DNA from: a virus
Taxonomy: Duplodnaviria; Caudoviricetes
Virus record (IMG/VR): IMGVR_UViG_3300026521_000072
Coordinates: 1 to 58,578 of that record
Reading direction: 5' to 3' (one strand)
DNA length: 58,578 bases
The notes beneath the pieces are model-generated. The model searched no databases and was not told the origin of the DNA. It saw nothing but the letters and a program-made list of their open reading frames with translations. The position numbers and the translations under genes are program-made. Numbering within the stretch: the stretch's first letter is position 1; each line of letters begins with the position of its first letter. Below are positions 10,447 to 20,661 of the stretch, piece after piece.

Positions 10447-12657
10447 ATGTCTCAATCGACACTAGACATCACACGCAACTACTTAACCGAACGAGGAGCG
10501 TTTACTCCTACTATCCACGAAGTAGTAGATGTAACTATGCAAACAATCAGCGGAGATATACCGACACATTTAAAATTATCTATTACTTTATCTGAACTTA
10601 TTACTCTTACTTCACATTTACGTAAAAATATTAAATTATATGATGGAACTATTGTACCTTGCAATGCTATTTCTATTGCTCTAGCTGCTAGTGGTGTAAG
10701 TAAAGATTCGTCTATGAATAAAGTACGTAGAGCACTTCAACCTGCATATGATTTACTTCATACTAAACGTAAACGTATTGCACGTGAACAAGCAGAACAA
10801 GCAGCATTAGATGATGGACAATCTTCTGAAGAATGGATTAACTACTACGAATCACCACCAGCTCTACAAGTAGGCCTCGGCACAGTAGAAGGTATGGTTA
10901 AACATTTTTCAATGCTTGAAGAGAGTGAATTAGGTTCAGCATCGATTAATGCGTCTGAAATCGGTTCTGAACTTCAGTCTAATCAATCATTTCTTGATAT
11001 TATTAAAACATTAGCTATTGGGTTTGACCTTGGTAAAGTACCTATTAAATTAGTTAAAGCAGTAGAAAACCGTGTTGGAGCTATTAATTCACTACCTATT
11101 AATGCCTTAATGTTTGGTTCTGAAGATGGTATTCTATACGATAATGCTATTAAAAATAAGTTTAAACTAATGTTTAATACTCAACTAGCTAGACGTACTA
11201 TCTTCAGTTTTAGTAGAGAAAAGCCTAAACCACGTGAATATAAATCTGTAAATGATGTTTTACAGTATCACGAAATTCAACGTACTAATAGTAAAACTGC
11301 ACAATCAAATATTGAACAGTATTTAATGGAGATGGTTGAATTTACAACTACTGAGCCATTAACTTTATCAAAAAAAGCACAAGCAGCTTTTGACGTATAT
11401 CTTGAATATAATAACAATTTAGCAGAAACTATAAGTCATCAATTACCAATTAGTAAATTATCTCGTAAACATAAACAATGGTTAGCTCTCAAACTATCTG
11501 GTAATTACGCTATTCTTGACGGTGAAACAGAAATTAATGAACAGAATTATATTCTAGCTATTAACACTATTGAAGAACTAGCAAATGATTTAGTCGATTT
11601 TGAACGTGAATTAATTAAAGAAATGTACGAACAATTTGCAGATTACTGTAAACTAAATATCAACGATGAAGAACGTTTATACTTATCAATACATGAACTA
11701 CGCAAACTAGGCTATATCCCAGCAGTATCTAACTATTTACCAAAAGTAGATGAACTTACCCATTTAGCTAGTATGTATGATGCAGAAGGTGTATATACTA
11801 GATGTGATGACGGTATCTGTTACGAACCTATTATCAATAATGATGAGTGTGGACTATCACTTTTACCTTTTAAACGAAATGAAACAGAATCCGATACTGA
11901 ATTTAAACAACGTATGGCTAAATCTTGTGATAAAGGTTATAAATTCTACGAATCTGATTTTAAATCACTATCAGAAGTACTAACTAAGTATGCTGCATAT
12001 TCTCCATTTTTGTTTCGTAATGGTAAACGCTCTAAAGCTAATCTTGAAGGTAAAACTAAATGGATAGTATTAGATGTAGATAACTCAACTATTACAGATG
12101 AAGAAGCTCATCTGTTGTTATCTGATATTAACCACCATATAGCTCGTACAAGTGACTCAACTAATCCGTTTAAATTTCGCATATTAATTGAATTGGATAT
12201 GCAAATAGATGTATCAGCAGATAATTGGAAATATTTTATTGAATCTATTAATAACGAGTTAGGTATTGAATCTGATATACTATCTAAAGCACAAATTTAT
12301 TTTGCGTATAATACAGAAACAGTATTATCAGTGACTGATGCTTCTCCATTATCAGCTAAACACCATGTAATAAACGCATCACAACATAAACGAGTTGAAC
12401 GTCCAACAGCTTTACCAAAAAAGCAGAAGGAAGCGGCTCTTAACGACAAACGAGAAACATTCGCATATGCATACGAAGCTTTAGATGGTGAAGGCTCTAG
12501 AGCACTTATTAAAGCTGCTTATCATGCACGAGATCTAGGAGCGGATACTGATTTTATTATACACTTAGTTGAAGATATAAATAACTATTGGACTGTACCT
12601 TTAAACAGCGACAGGTTACAACAAACAATAATTTCTCAAATATTAAGATGGAACTAG
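10447..12657 (+). CDS. P-loop helicase-like (DUF3987-like) / primase-polymerase (AEP) fusion
   Basis: N-terminal ASGVSKD Walker A-like; C-terminal WIVLDVD, ARTSDS, KFRILI and PriCT-like helical tail. Confidence 0.7.
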   Translation: MSQSTLDITRNYLTERGAFTPTIHEVVDVTMQTISGDIPTHLKLSITLSELITLTSHLRKNIKLYDGTIVPCNAISIALAASGVSKDSSMNKVRRALQPAYDLLHTKRKRIAREQAEQAALDDGQSSEEWINYYESPPALQVGLGTVEGMVKHFSMLEESELGSASINASEIGSELQSNQSFLDIIKTLAIGFDLGKVPIKLVKAVENRVGAINSLPINALMFGSEDGILYDNAIKNKFKLMFNTQLARRTIFSFSREKPKPREYKSVNDVLQYHEIQRTNSKTAQSNIEQYLMEMVEFTTTEPLTLSKKAQAAFDVYLEYNNNLAETISHQLPISKLSRKHKQWLALKLSGNYAILDGETEINEQNYILAINTIEELANDLVDFERELIKEMYEQFADYCKLNINDEERLYLSIHELRKLGYIPAVSNYLPKVDELTHLASMYDAEGVYTRCDDGICYEPIINNDECGLSLLPFKRNETESDTEFKQRMAKSCDKGYKFYESDFKSLSEVLTKYAAYSPFLFRNGKRSKANLEGKTKWIVLDVDNSTITDEEAHLLLSDINHHIARTSDSTNPFKFRILIELDMQIDVSADNWKYFIESINNELGIESDILSKAQIYFAYNTETVLSVTDASPLSAKHHVINASQHKRVERPTALPKKQKEAALNDKRETFAYAYEALDGEGSRALIKAAYHARDLGADTDFIIHLVEDINNYWTVPLNSDRLQQTIISQILRWN

Positions 12658-12660
12658 AAC

Positions 12661-12996
12661 ATGGATGTAGTACATTTATATCATGTAAGTAACCCACTTT
12701 ATAGAGAGAGTATAATCAAAGAAGGGTTAGTACCAGGAGTAGGACCAAGTTATAAAGCTCACTATGATACTGGTACTGATACAGCACTAACACCTAAGGT
12801 ATTTGTATGTACACATAATAAATATGACTCTACATATAATGATGATAGATGGTTAATAACTTTACCTATTAAAGTATACAATAAGCTAGAATTCAAATTA
12901 GATAAAGATGTACTAGGTGTTTTATATACAACTCAAATAATAAATAACGAATACTTAAAATTAATATATTTAGGTACAGGTTTATCTATAATATAA
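12661..12996 (+). CDS. putative ADP-ribosyltransferase-fold (Tpt1/DUF952-like) protein
   Basis: LYHVS...SIIKEGL.P...VFVC pattern. Confidence 0.5.
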   Translation: MDVVHLYHVSNPLYRESIIKEGLVPGVGPSYKAHYDTGTDTALTPKVFVCTHNKYDSTYNDDRWLITLPIKVYNKLEFKLDKDVLGVLYTTQIINNEYLKLIYLGTGLSII

Positions 12997-13004
12997 GGAT
13001 AACA

Positions 13005-13223
13005 ATGACTGATGAACAATATACAATAACGCTACAAATAGGAAATGCTATTAAAGCAAAGAACGAACTATTAATATCTCATATATTTCTAACAGACAGT
13101 GAAAAATGTGAACTTATCAATAAATTAATTACATTTGAGAATAGTCATATTATTGCTAACTGTTTTAATGATGACAGTGTAGCATATTCATTATATCAAG
13201 AATTAAAGACTAAATATGAATAA
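13005..13223 (+). CDS. hypothetical protein
   Basis: AAGGA RBS, overlaps next gene. Confidence 0.55.
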   Translation: MTDEQYTITLQIGNAIKAKNELLISHIFLTDSEKCELINKLITFENSHIIANCFNDDSVAYSLYQELKTKYE

Positions 13224-13788
13224 TTATAATTTAATAGTTAAACAAGACCAGTATCCTGAATCACCTCGTAAATGGGACAACTTAGGTACATTCATTATGC
13301 AGCATAGAAGATGTGAATTTGGAGACAGACTTTTTGAAACTGATGATAATAGTGTATCATTTAAAGAAGATTTTAAACACCACCTTAACTATGTTGAAGA
13401 TTGTTCTATTAATAACGTAATCTACTTACCTGTGTATATGTATGACCATTCAGGTATAACTGTATCAACAACACCTTTTAGCTGTAATTGGGATAGCGGA
13501 CAGATAGGGTACATTTATGCAACTAAAGAAAAAATACGCAATGAATACAATGTTAAACGCATATCAAATAAACTAAAAAACACAGCACTATCAGTACTTG
13601 AATCTGAAATAAAACTATTAGATAATTACCTAACAGGTAATATGTATTGTTACGAACTATATAAAGATAACAATCTAATAGATTCATGCTGTGGCTTCTA
13701 CGGTAACGATTTTAAAGAACAGATGAAAGAAGGTTTACCTAAAAAAATACATAAACTATTAGAACAGACGGAGGTAACTTATGAATAA
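13216..13788 (+). CDS. conserved phage hypothetical protein
   Basis: SPRKWDNLG, LPVYMYDHSG, WDSGQIG, DSCCGFYG motifs typical of a widespread phage family. Confidence 0.75.
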   Translation: MNNYNLIVKQDQYPESPRKWDNLGTFIMQHRRCEFGDRLFETDDNSVSFKEDFKHHLNYVEDCSINNVIYLPVYMYDHSGITVSTTPFSCNWDSGQIGYIYATKEKIRNEYNVKRISNKLKNTALSVLESEIKLLDNYLTGNMYCYELYKDNNLIDSCCGFYGNDFKEQMKEGLPKKIHKLLEQTEVTYE

Positions 13789-13793
13789 TTATT

Positions 13794-14264
13794 ATGAAGA
13801 TGGAAAGACTAATGATTAACACTCTATCATACCAAGAAAATTACTGGGTAGGGCCGGACGGTAAACACGTTCATTCCCATTCAGATTTACCAGATAACTG
13901 TACAGACATAGTCTATCTATTACAATTTGAATCTGGTCGTAAGTATATTGGAAAAAAATCAGTACGTTCTATTCGAAAGAAAAAACCTACTAAAACTCAA
14001 TTAGCTATTCGTAAAAATTACTCTCGTAAAGAGCTCACTAATCTGCCTTTTATTAAGTATACAGGCTCATCCAAAGAAAATGAAAATGAAGTAGTTATAG
14101 CTAAGTATATTCTTTACTACTGCTCTAACAAACGTACAGCAACTTATTTAGAAATGGCAGAGATGGTGTTACGAGAAGTACTATTTACAGACGAATATAC
14201 AAATAAGAATATTAGTGGTCGTTTTTACGATAATAGTTTAGATGGGTTGATAGAGGAGTTTTAA
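13794..14264 (+). CDS. GIY-YIG-like (Seg-like) endonuclease
   Basis: IVYLL-x-GRKYIGKK, YTGSS, E, YTNKNISG. Confidence 0.7.
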   Translation: MKMERLMINTLSYQENYWVGPDGKHVHSHSDLPDNCTDIVYLLQFESGRKYIGKKSVRSIRKKKPTKTQLAIRKNYSRKELTNLPFIKYTGSSKENENEVVIAKYILYYCSNKRTATYLEMAEMVLREVLFTDEYTNKNISGRFYDNSLDGLIEEF

Positions 14265-14761
14265 TGGCAAATTGGAGTAATTGTGAAATAAGTATTCAAT
14301 GTTATGATATTTTTGCCTTAAAATTTATCAATACTAAAATACAACGAAATACACAAGATGAGTATTTTCATTCTACTATCACAGAGAGTGAAATGGTAAT
14401 AGACGACTATTTTATAGATAATAGTGTTATTTATATTAATGGACAAGGTAGATGGTCAGGGCCAGAAAGTTATTTTAGAAAACTGGCACTAGAATACCCT
14501 AATTTAATTGAACAATTAGTATATACAGATAGTGAAGGGGGCTCTAACTATTTCACTAAATTTATTATCCAAAACGGCGAAATAGTAGAAGAAATTGATA
14601 CAGAACACTTTTCACCAGAAGCTGTACGAGAATACGGATTCGACTATTTTGAGTATCAATATGATATTTGGTGTGACGATGATACAGATATTGAAGAGAA
14701 ACAAGATATATACGATGTCTTTTTAGAAGCAGATATAAATTTAAATAAGGATGTAATATGA
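14264..14761 (+). CDS. hypothetical protein (DUF1281/YubB-like)
   Basis: MANWSN start, WSGP, acidic tail. Confidence 0.55.
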   Translation: MANWSNCEISIQCYDIFALKFINTKIQRNTQDEYFHSTITESEMVIDDYFIDNSVIYINGQGRWSGPESYFRKLALEYPNLIEQLVYTDSEGGSNYFTKFIIQNGEIVEEIDTEHFSPEAVREYGFDYFEYQYDIWCDDDTDIEEKQDIYDVFLEADINLNKDVI

Positions 14762-15258
14762 AAGAAATTACAGTAACATTAACAGGTAATAAAGCGTTAG
14801 ACTATATAGATAACCAACATACTGATTATAAATCAATGTATGAAAGTCTAATAGAAAAAAATAAAGTACTTTTAGAACGTAATCAGGAAATAACAGTTAA
14901 AAACATAAATTTACAAAAAGAGTTAGAATGCTATAAAATTAATAAACATATTCATATAGTAAAAAACTGTAACAGTGATAACAAAGATGTTCAACAAACA
15001 GTAAATTTAGTAAATGATACAACAACAACAAAAATCATTGAGACTAATCCTATTAAGTTTCCAGCAACTAAAAATTCAAAAAAGAATGGTACTAGGTGGA
15101 AAAATTGGGAACTTGCACATATTGAAACAACTAGTATTGGAGATAGTTTTTCTAACCTTCGTATTAAACTTCACGACCGCTCTGAAGCAGCTATCCGTTC
15201 TAAGTTAAACGAATATGGTGTAGGTGTGCGCAATGATAAAATTATTAAACTAAAGTAG
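14758..15258 (+). CDS. coiled-coil protein with C-terminal Myb/HTH-like domain
   Basis: RWKNWE...LHDRSEAAIRSKL. Confidence 0.55.
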   Translation: MKEITVTLTGNKALDYIDNQHTDYKSMYESLIEKNKVLLERNQEITVKNINLQKELECYKINKHIHIVKNCNSDNKDVQQTVNLVNDTTTTKIIETNPIKFPATKNSKKNGTRWKNWELAHIETTSIGDSFSNLRIKLHDRSEAAIRSKLNEYGVGVRNDKIIKLK

Positions 15259-15263
15259 ATACC

Positions 15264-15839
15264 ATGGAAGCGTGTAAATCACAATATGCTTATACAACAC
15301 TTGTTGAAAATTACATAAAACATAATGTAAATAATACAATATACGAAGAAAAGCACAGTAGTACAGCAAATAATAGACTGTCTTTTTCTGGTAGTCATCT
15401 ATATAGTTATAATACATGTATAGCTAATTTTACAACTATAGGTAGTAAACAGTGGTGTTTTATTACTAATGAGTATTATAGTAGTACAACTAGTAGACAA
15501 ATAGGACAACTTACAGTACAACTTACAAACTGGGATGTATCTTTTGTAAAGACATCTAGTATATTTACAAACGCAATCGGTTCAGTATTTGATGAAAAAT
15601 ATGATAAACTTATTATAATATATAAGTCATTACATACTAAACGCAATATGCAAAAATATAAAAACCAAATAGAGGACATTATTAAGTTCTTCCGTACAGA
15701 AACAGATTTTTATCCAAACGAAGTAAAACCTTATCTAGATAATATAAATAAACTTCCTAATATACCTAAAGAAATGAACTCTTTTACACGTACTGCATTC
15801 AAATCAGAACTTAAACGAATAGGATTATTAGATGATTGA
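15264..15839 (+). CDS. conserved phage hypothetical protein
   Basis: LYSYNTCIA...YSSTTSRQ motif. Confidence 0.65.
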   Translation: MEACKSQYAYTTLVENYIKHNVNNTIYEEKHSSTANNRLSFSGSHLYSYNTCIANFTTIGSKQWCFITNEYYSSTTSRQIGQLTVQLTNWDVSFVKTSSIFTNAIGSVFDEKYDKLIIIYKSLHTKRNMQKYKNQIEDIIKFFRTETDFYPNEVKPYLDNINKLPNIPKEMNSFTRTAFKSELKRIGLLDD

Positions 15840-16314
15840 GATTGAAATAAACGTAAAAGAACTGTTAGATACTGAAGAAGTAGAAGATTTCTATAGTACT
15901 ATCTTTACTACCAAAGAAAAATTTGCACATAAAGTTAACCCAGATAACCCTACTAAGGCTGATTTATTAAATGAAGCAATTTACAATGATGAGTATTACT
16001 CTAATACATTAATTTGCTACCTTTCTGGAGCTACTTCGTCATTCATATGTGATATAGATAGTTTTATTATATATGCTAGCAACACTTATGATAGAGAAGA
16101 GGTATATAATGAACATGTAAAAAGTATGGTAGAAGAACGTATACATGATACTATAGGTAAAGATGGAATATGGTTAAAGTACTACATAGATGAAGATAGT
16201 ATTATAGATGACTATAAAGAAGATTTAACCTACGCTGATGTGTTATCTTGTGATGGTGCAGAATATGAATGTAAAATTGATGGTATAACGTTTTATGTAT
16301 ATAGGGTTTATTAA
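15832..16314 (+). CDS. acidic hypothetical protein
   Basis: 160 aa, strongly acidic; coupled to neighbouring genes. Confidence 0.6.
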   Translation: MIEIEINVKELLDTEEVEDFYSTIFTTKEKFAHKVNPDNPTKADLLNEAIYNDEYYSNTLICYLSGATSSFICDIDSFIIYASNTYDREEVYNEHVKSMVEERIHDTIGKDGIWLKYYIDEDSIIDDYKEDLTYADVLSCDGAEYECKIDGITFYVYRVY

Positions 16315-16988
16315 TGATAAAAGTAAATTATGAAGTAGCTAGTACTACTTTTAAAATACAAACTTTTTTAGAAAAATTATCTTCTTACGATATTATTTCA
16401 TTTGATACAGAAACTCAATCTATCTATACCAAAGAAGAACGTAAACAAGCAGATAAACTAGTGCAATTATGGAAAAAAGATAAACAAGCAGAAGCTGAAT
16501 ATCCTCGTAATGAACAGAAACTGATACGACAAATAGCTAAATCTTCTGGTCTATCTTACCCAGAACTAGTTAAAGTAACACATTTTATATTTGGAGTATC
16601 TGAGTCATTTAGTTATATAGTAATTTGCTATGACATACAGACAGAACTACTAATATGGAATTGGCTAAATAACTATAAAGGTAAAATAGTGATACATAAC
16701 GCACTATTCGACCTAAAAATAGATTACCATCGTACAGGCAAGTTACCTAAAAACTATGATGATACACAGTTAATGGCTAAAGTACTACTTAATGATGCTG
16801 ATGAGTTTGAAGGAAAAACAGGACTTAAACATCTTATGGGTTCGTATTATGACCCTAAATGGACAATGTTAGATGAAGATGGGTATGATGTAGTTGACTA
16901 CAAGAATGAAGCATTTCTACGCTATTGTGCGATAGATGGCTGTAGCTGTTATTTACTTCATACCTTACTTATAAAAAAGGACAATTAA
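16314..16988 (+). CDS. stand-alone 3'-5' exonuclease domain of split DNA polymerase A
   Basis: ExoI FDTET, ExoII HNALFD, DDTQLM, GLKHL, ExoIII YCAID. Confidence 0.85.
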   Translation: MIKVNYEVASTTFKIQTFLEKLSSYDIISFDTETQSIYTKEERKQADKLVQLWKKDKQAEAEYPRNEQKLIRQIAKSSGLSYPELVKVTHFIFGVSESFSYIVICYDIQTELLIWNWLNNYKGKIVIHNALFDLKIDYHRTGKLPKNYDDTQLMAKVLLNDADEFEGKTGLKHLMGSYYDPKWTMLDEDGYDVVDYKNEAFLRYCAIDGCSCYLLHTLLIKKDN

Positions 16989-17140
16989 TGAAAATAGAAA
17001 TGCCGATACTAGATTATATTTGGTTACAAAGAGTTTTAGCACAGTTACAAGTATCAATAGATGATAATGCACCAGATTGGCTAGAAGAGCAAGCTACAGA
17101 TATAATACAAATGTTAGATAATTTAATAGTAAATAAATAA
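16988..17140 (+). CDS. small hypothetical protein (50 aa)
   Basis: read from sequence: MKIEMPILDYIWLQ...LIVNK; AAGGA RBS, TAATG coupling. Confidence 0.55.
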   Translation: MKIEMPILDYIWLQRVLAQLQVSIDDNAPDWLEEQATDIIQMLDNLIVNK

Positions 17141-17144
17141 ATAA

Positions 17145-17375
17145 ATGTATTCATATGCAACTAAAAATGGAAAAGTACTAGATTGGAAATTTAAAAAGAT
17201 AAAATATGGCTATGAAGCTTCATTAGATAATAAAGCTAAATTAGGTCAGATATTTAAATTTAAAGATTATTGGATAGCTATTTCTTATGTACAACCAAAA
17301 TACAGGGTTTCTGGATTTAAGTATAGATATTTAGCTATGGGATATTTAATAAAATTATATGATAAGGATAACTAA
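17145..17375 (+). CDS. hypothetical protein
   Basis: 76 aa ORF coupled to polymerase start. Confidence 0.55.
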   Translation: MYSYATKNGKVLDWKFKKIKYGYEASLDNKAKLGQIFKFKDYWIAISYVQPKYRVSGFKYRYLAMGYLIKLYDKDN

Positions 17376-19261
17376 TGTCATTAATGCGACCGTGGCAATA
17401 TTTACCAATTCCAATGCCAAATGAATATGACCCAGCTGAAAAAGAGCCATTATGGTTCTATAATAACATTGGTAAACATTTAGTAGAAGACTTTATTAAA
17501 ATGATGTGTAATGGACTGCTTATTGATGATGAGAAAGTAGAAACATTACGTAGTGTATTAGATAGTAACCTAAATATAGTTAAACACACATTAACTAATA
17601 ATGCTCTAATTAAGCAATTTCTTGAACAAGAATTTAAAGAAAGTAAAACCAACTTAATCAAGGAACAGCAATCTAAGTTTCGTACTATTGACTATTACTT
17701 AAAACCTTATAAACATTCTGATATGACATATCGTACGTACTTAGTTAATGAAATACTAAAAATGGAAGGGTTATCATCCGATATTCGTACTAAATGGACT
17801 ATGAATGATTTAAAAAAGTATAATAAAATCAATCATCTAGCAATATTCGATAGTATCATAGATAAATCTATTGACCCAAATCATCAAACTGTACAAACAG
17901 CTATGCAGAAATTAGCACAAGAAAAACTAGACATTTATAATAAGTCTAAAATGTTAAAAGTAGATGAAGCCAACATCGAGACTTTAGTAGGTGAGTTTAA
18001 CCCAGGTAGTAGTGTACAAAAGTATAAATTGCTGACAGATATGCTTGGATATGAATCCGGTAAAGAGAGCAAAACGTATTTAGACTATCGTAAGCAGCTA
18101 TCATATGGCAAAACACCCACAGATAAAAATGGTAAACCTAAGCGTGAACCTAATCAATGGAGTTGGGGACGTGACCAATTAGAAGATTTATTAAAAACAT
18201 TGCCAGAAGAAAATAATAAAGACCTTATAGAACTATTACAAGCATTAGTAGATTATTCATTTAGTTCTATTATACGCACTAACTTTATAGAAGCATTTGA
18301 TTCATTTACTATAGATAACTATCTACACGGTAACATAAAACTGCTAGGGGCAGTATCAGGTCGTAATACATCTAATGCACCGAACATGTTAAATATGCCT
18401 TCTACTAAGTCTAAATTTGCTAAGCCGGTTAAAGAGTGTTTTATAGCACCAGAAGGCTACTTAGTGTTTCAAGCAGACTTTTCAGCTTTAGAGGAAGTAT
18501 GTTTAGCTAATCTATCTAAAGATAAAAACAAATTAGCAATATTTCAAGATGGGTTAGATTCTCACTGTTTTAATAGTTACGGTTACTATAAAGATGAAAT
18601 CGAAGCTATATTACCACGCAATAATAATGAGTCTACTAATGACTACATTAAACGGTATAAACAAGAAGTTGATAATATACCTGAATTAAAAGCAATACGT
18701 CAACGTTCAAAACCTGTTTCATTTAAACTCAATTATCTTGGAATGCCCGACATAGATAAAGGCGGTGTTATTACGCCAGAGATGTACAACAGATTTTGGA
18801 ACGAGTTATACAAGGATGTTAAAGTATTCTTAGATGAAATGATAGTCAACCATAAACGAAATGGCTACACCCACCTCGGTCTTGGTTTTCGTATCTACAG
18901 CTCAAATATTGATAAGCATTTTCGAACCATCTGGAATGCATATGCAGGCCAGTTTTGGAGTATATTATCACTAATAACAGTAAATGAAATGCACTATAGA
19001 ATTAACGAAGAAAACTTATCTGATGATATTATTTTTAATTCAACCATATATGATGCCTGCTATGGTTACGTAAAAAAAGACGCTAAAACCGTTAAATGGT
19101 TAAATGATAACTTAATAGAAGTAATGACTAAAGACTGGTTAGAGAAACAACCTATCAAAAACCAGGCTGATATGGAACTTGGTAAATCGTGGAAAGCAGA
19201 AATAACCATACCAAACAATGCTTCGTTAAAAGATATAGAACAAATATTAAAGGATTTATAA
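17375..19261 (+). CDS. polA: DNA polymerase family A, polymerase domain
   Basis: FNPGS, SGRNTSNAPNMLN, motif A ADFSALE, motif B RQRSKPVSFKLNY, motif C TIYDA. Confidence 0.92.
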   Translation: MSLMRPWQYLPIPMPNEYDPAEKEPLWFYNNIGKHLVEDFIKMMCNGLLIDDEKVETLRSVLDSNLNIVKHTLTNNALIKQFLEQEFKESKTNLIKEQQSKFRTIDYYLKPYKHSDMTYRTYLVNEILKMEGLSSDIRTKWTMNDLKKYNKINHLAIFDSIIDKSIDPNHQTVQTAMQKLAQEKLDIYNKSKMLKVDEANIETLVGEFNPGSSVQKYKLLTDMLGYESGKESKTYLDYRKQLSYGKTPTDKNGKPKREPNQWSWGRDQLEDLLKTLPEENNKDLIELLQALVDYSFSSIIRTNFIEAFDSFTIDNYLHGNIKLLGAVSGRNTSNAPNMLNMPSTKSKFAKPVKECFIAPEGYLVFQADFSALEEVCLANLSKDKNKLAIFQDGLDSHCFNSYGYYKDEIEAILPRNNNESTNDYIKRYKQEVDNIPELKAIRQRSKPVSFKLNYLGMPDIDKGGVITPEMYNRFWNELYKDVKVFLDEMIVNHKRNGYTHLGLGFRIYSSNIDKHFRTIWNAYAGQFWSILSLITVNEMHYRINEENLSDDIIFNSTIYDACYGYVKKDAKTVKWLNDNLIEVMTKDWLEKQPIKNQADMELGKSWKAEITIPNNASLKDIEQILKDL

Positions 19262-19599
19262 TGAGTTACTATAGTAATATCTACATTAAATGTAAAAAAG
19301 AAAAAGCATTTGAATTTAAACATTTTTTAGATACTTATAAAACAACGTATAATACAGATTTATGTACTAGTGAAGAGTTTTATACTACTGACAACTACTT
19401 ATATCTAATACTATATGATTGGAAATTTTATGATAGCTATTCAAATGTTAAAGCAATTATAAATTTTGTAGATAGTACTAAAATGAAGGGGCATATAGGA
19501 ATGCTAATTATAGGAGAAGATTACCTAACAGATGAATATGGTGATTGTTATGAATTAAATCTATATCCAACAGTAATAGCAGAAGGAATGGATGAATGA
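19261..19599 (+). CDS. hypothetical protein
   Basis: AAGGA RBS before MSYYSN; WKFYDSY. Confidence 0.6.
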   Translation: MSYYSNIYIKCKKEKAFEFKHFLDTYKTTYNTDLCTSEEFYTTDNYLYLILYDWKFYDSYSNVKAIINFVDSTKMKGHIGMLIIGEDYLTDEYGDCYELNLYPTVIAEGMDE

Positions 19600-19835
19600 A
19601 AATATTTTTAGTCTCACAAAATGAAAATAATGATTATGATACATATGATTCATTTGTATGCTATGCAAAATCAAAAGAACAGGCACGTAATATGTTACCG
19701 TCTAAATTTGCAAAATGGGGAACAAGTTTTAGTACATGGGCATCATCATCGAATAAAGTTAATGTAAAATATTTAGGTAAAACTAAAAAAGACGTAAAAG
19801 CAGGAGTAATCTTAGCTTCATTTAATGCAGGATAA
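19596..19835 (+). CDS. conserved phage hypothetical protein
   Basis: YDTYDSFV...VILASFNAG motif. Confidence 0.7.
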   Translation: MKIFLVSQNENNDYDTYDSFVCYAKSKEQARNMLPSKFAKWGTSFSTWASSSNKVNVKYLGKTKKDVKAGVILASFNAG

Positions 19836-19839
19836 TAGT

Positions 19840-20031
19840 ATGACATTACAAATTAAAAACATTCAGTACTTTGAATGGAAAGTACCAGAGGAATTATATA
19901 AAGATTTAAAATCAGATGATTATAATAAACTGCAACAACTTATTGATGAGTATTTTGTATCAAATGATTTATCATCAGTAAAACAAATATCTGATGATTA
20001 CTATGAGTTAGAGCAATCTTATGAAAACTAA
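19840..20031 (+). CDS. hypothetical protein
   Basis: AGGA RBS, short acidic ORF. Confidence 0.5.
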   Translation: MTLQIKNIQYFEWKVPEELYKDLKSDDYNKLQQLIDEYFVSNDLSSVKQISDDYYELEQSYEN

Positions 20032-20221
20032 ACAAGAACGTATACAATAATGTATAAATGGTGAATCTTTTTGGGTATGTTTTGAATGTGCTAATAAATA
20101 TAGCAAAAATCAACCATATCAGTACCCGTATACTGCACATAACAATGAATGTTACATATGTAACCAACATAAGATGATAGGGCCAAGTAGAAAATTATTT
20201 GGTTACTACAAACCAATATAA
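20021..20221 (+). pseudogene. small CxxC-CxxC protein with in-frame TAA
   Basis: MKTKQERIQ*CINGESFWVCFEC...ECYIC...; single stop at 20048-20050. Confidence 0.5.
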
Positions 20222-20231
20222 AGGATATTGA

Positions 20232-20477
20232 ATGACATATCAAAAAACATGTGATATACGAATTGATTGTTACTCTAAAGATGCTTTCTTTAATAACAAA
20301 AAGAAAACGTATGACACTTCAATTAATTTAAATTTAAACAAATTTATAGGTACTAAAAACTCTTTTTCAAATCAAAAAATAGAATTGATGGTAGATGATA
20401 AAAAATACTATGTACCTTTATACGATTTACAACAAGCACTTAAAATGCTTAAAAATATACATAACGCAGGAGATTAA
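20232..20477 (+). CDS. hypothetical protein
   Basis: AAGGA RBS, 81 aa. Confidence 0.6.
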   Translation: MTYQKTCDIRIDCYSKDAFFNNKKKTYDTSINLNLNKFIGTKNSFSNQKIELMVDDKKYYVPLYDLQQALKMLKNIHNAGD

Positions 20478-20478
20478 A

Positions 20479-20661
20479 ATGGTAATCAAATTAACACTTA
20501 AACAAAAAACAAAACTTAAGAAAGTTACATGTATGAATGTAAAATTCATTACATTTGAAAAACAGTATTTAGTAGTTACTTACGATACTATGGTAAAAAA
20601 TGAAAAATCACAACATGATTATTATCGTTTAAATACAGTATTAGCTGTTGAGGAGCATTAA
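20479..20661 (+). CDS. hypothetical protein
   Basis: AGGAG RBS before ATG 20479. Confidence 0.55.
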   Translation: MVIKLTLKQKTKLKKVTCMNVKFITFEKQYLVVTYDTMVKNEKSQHDYYRLNTVLAVEEH

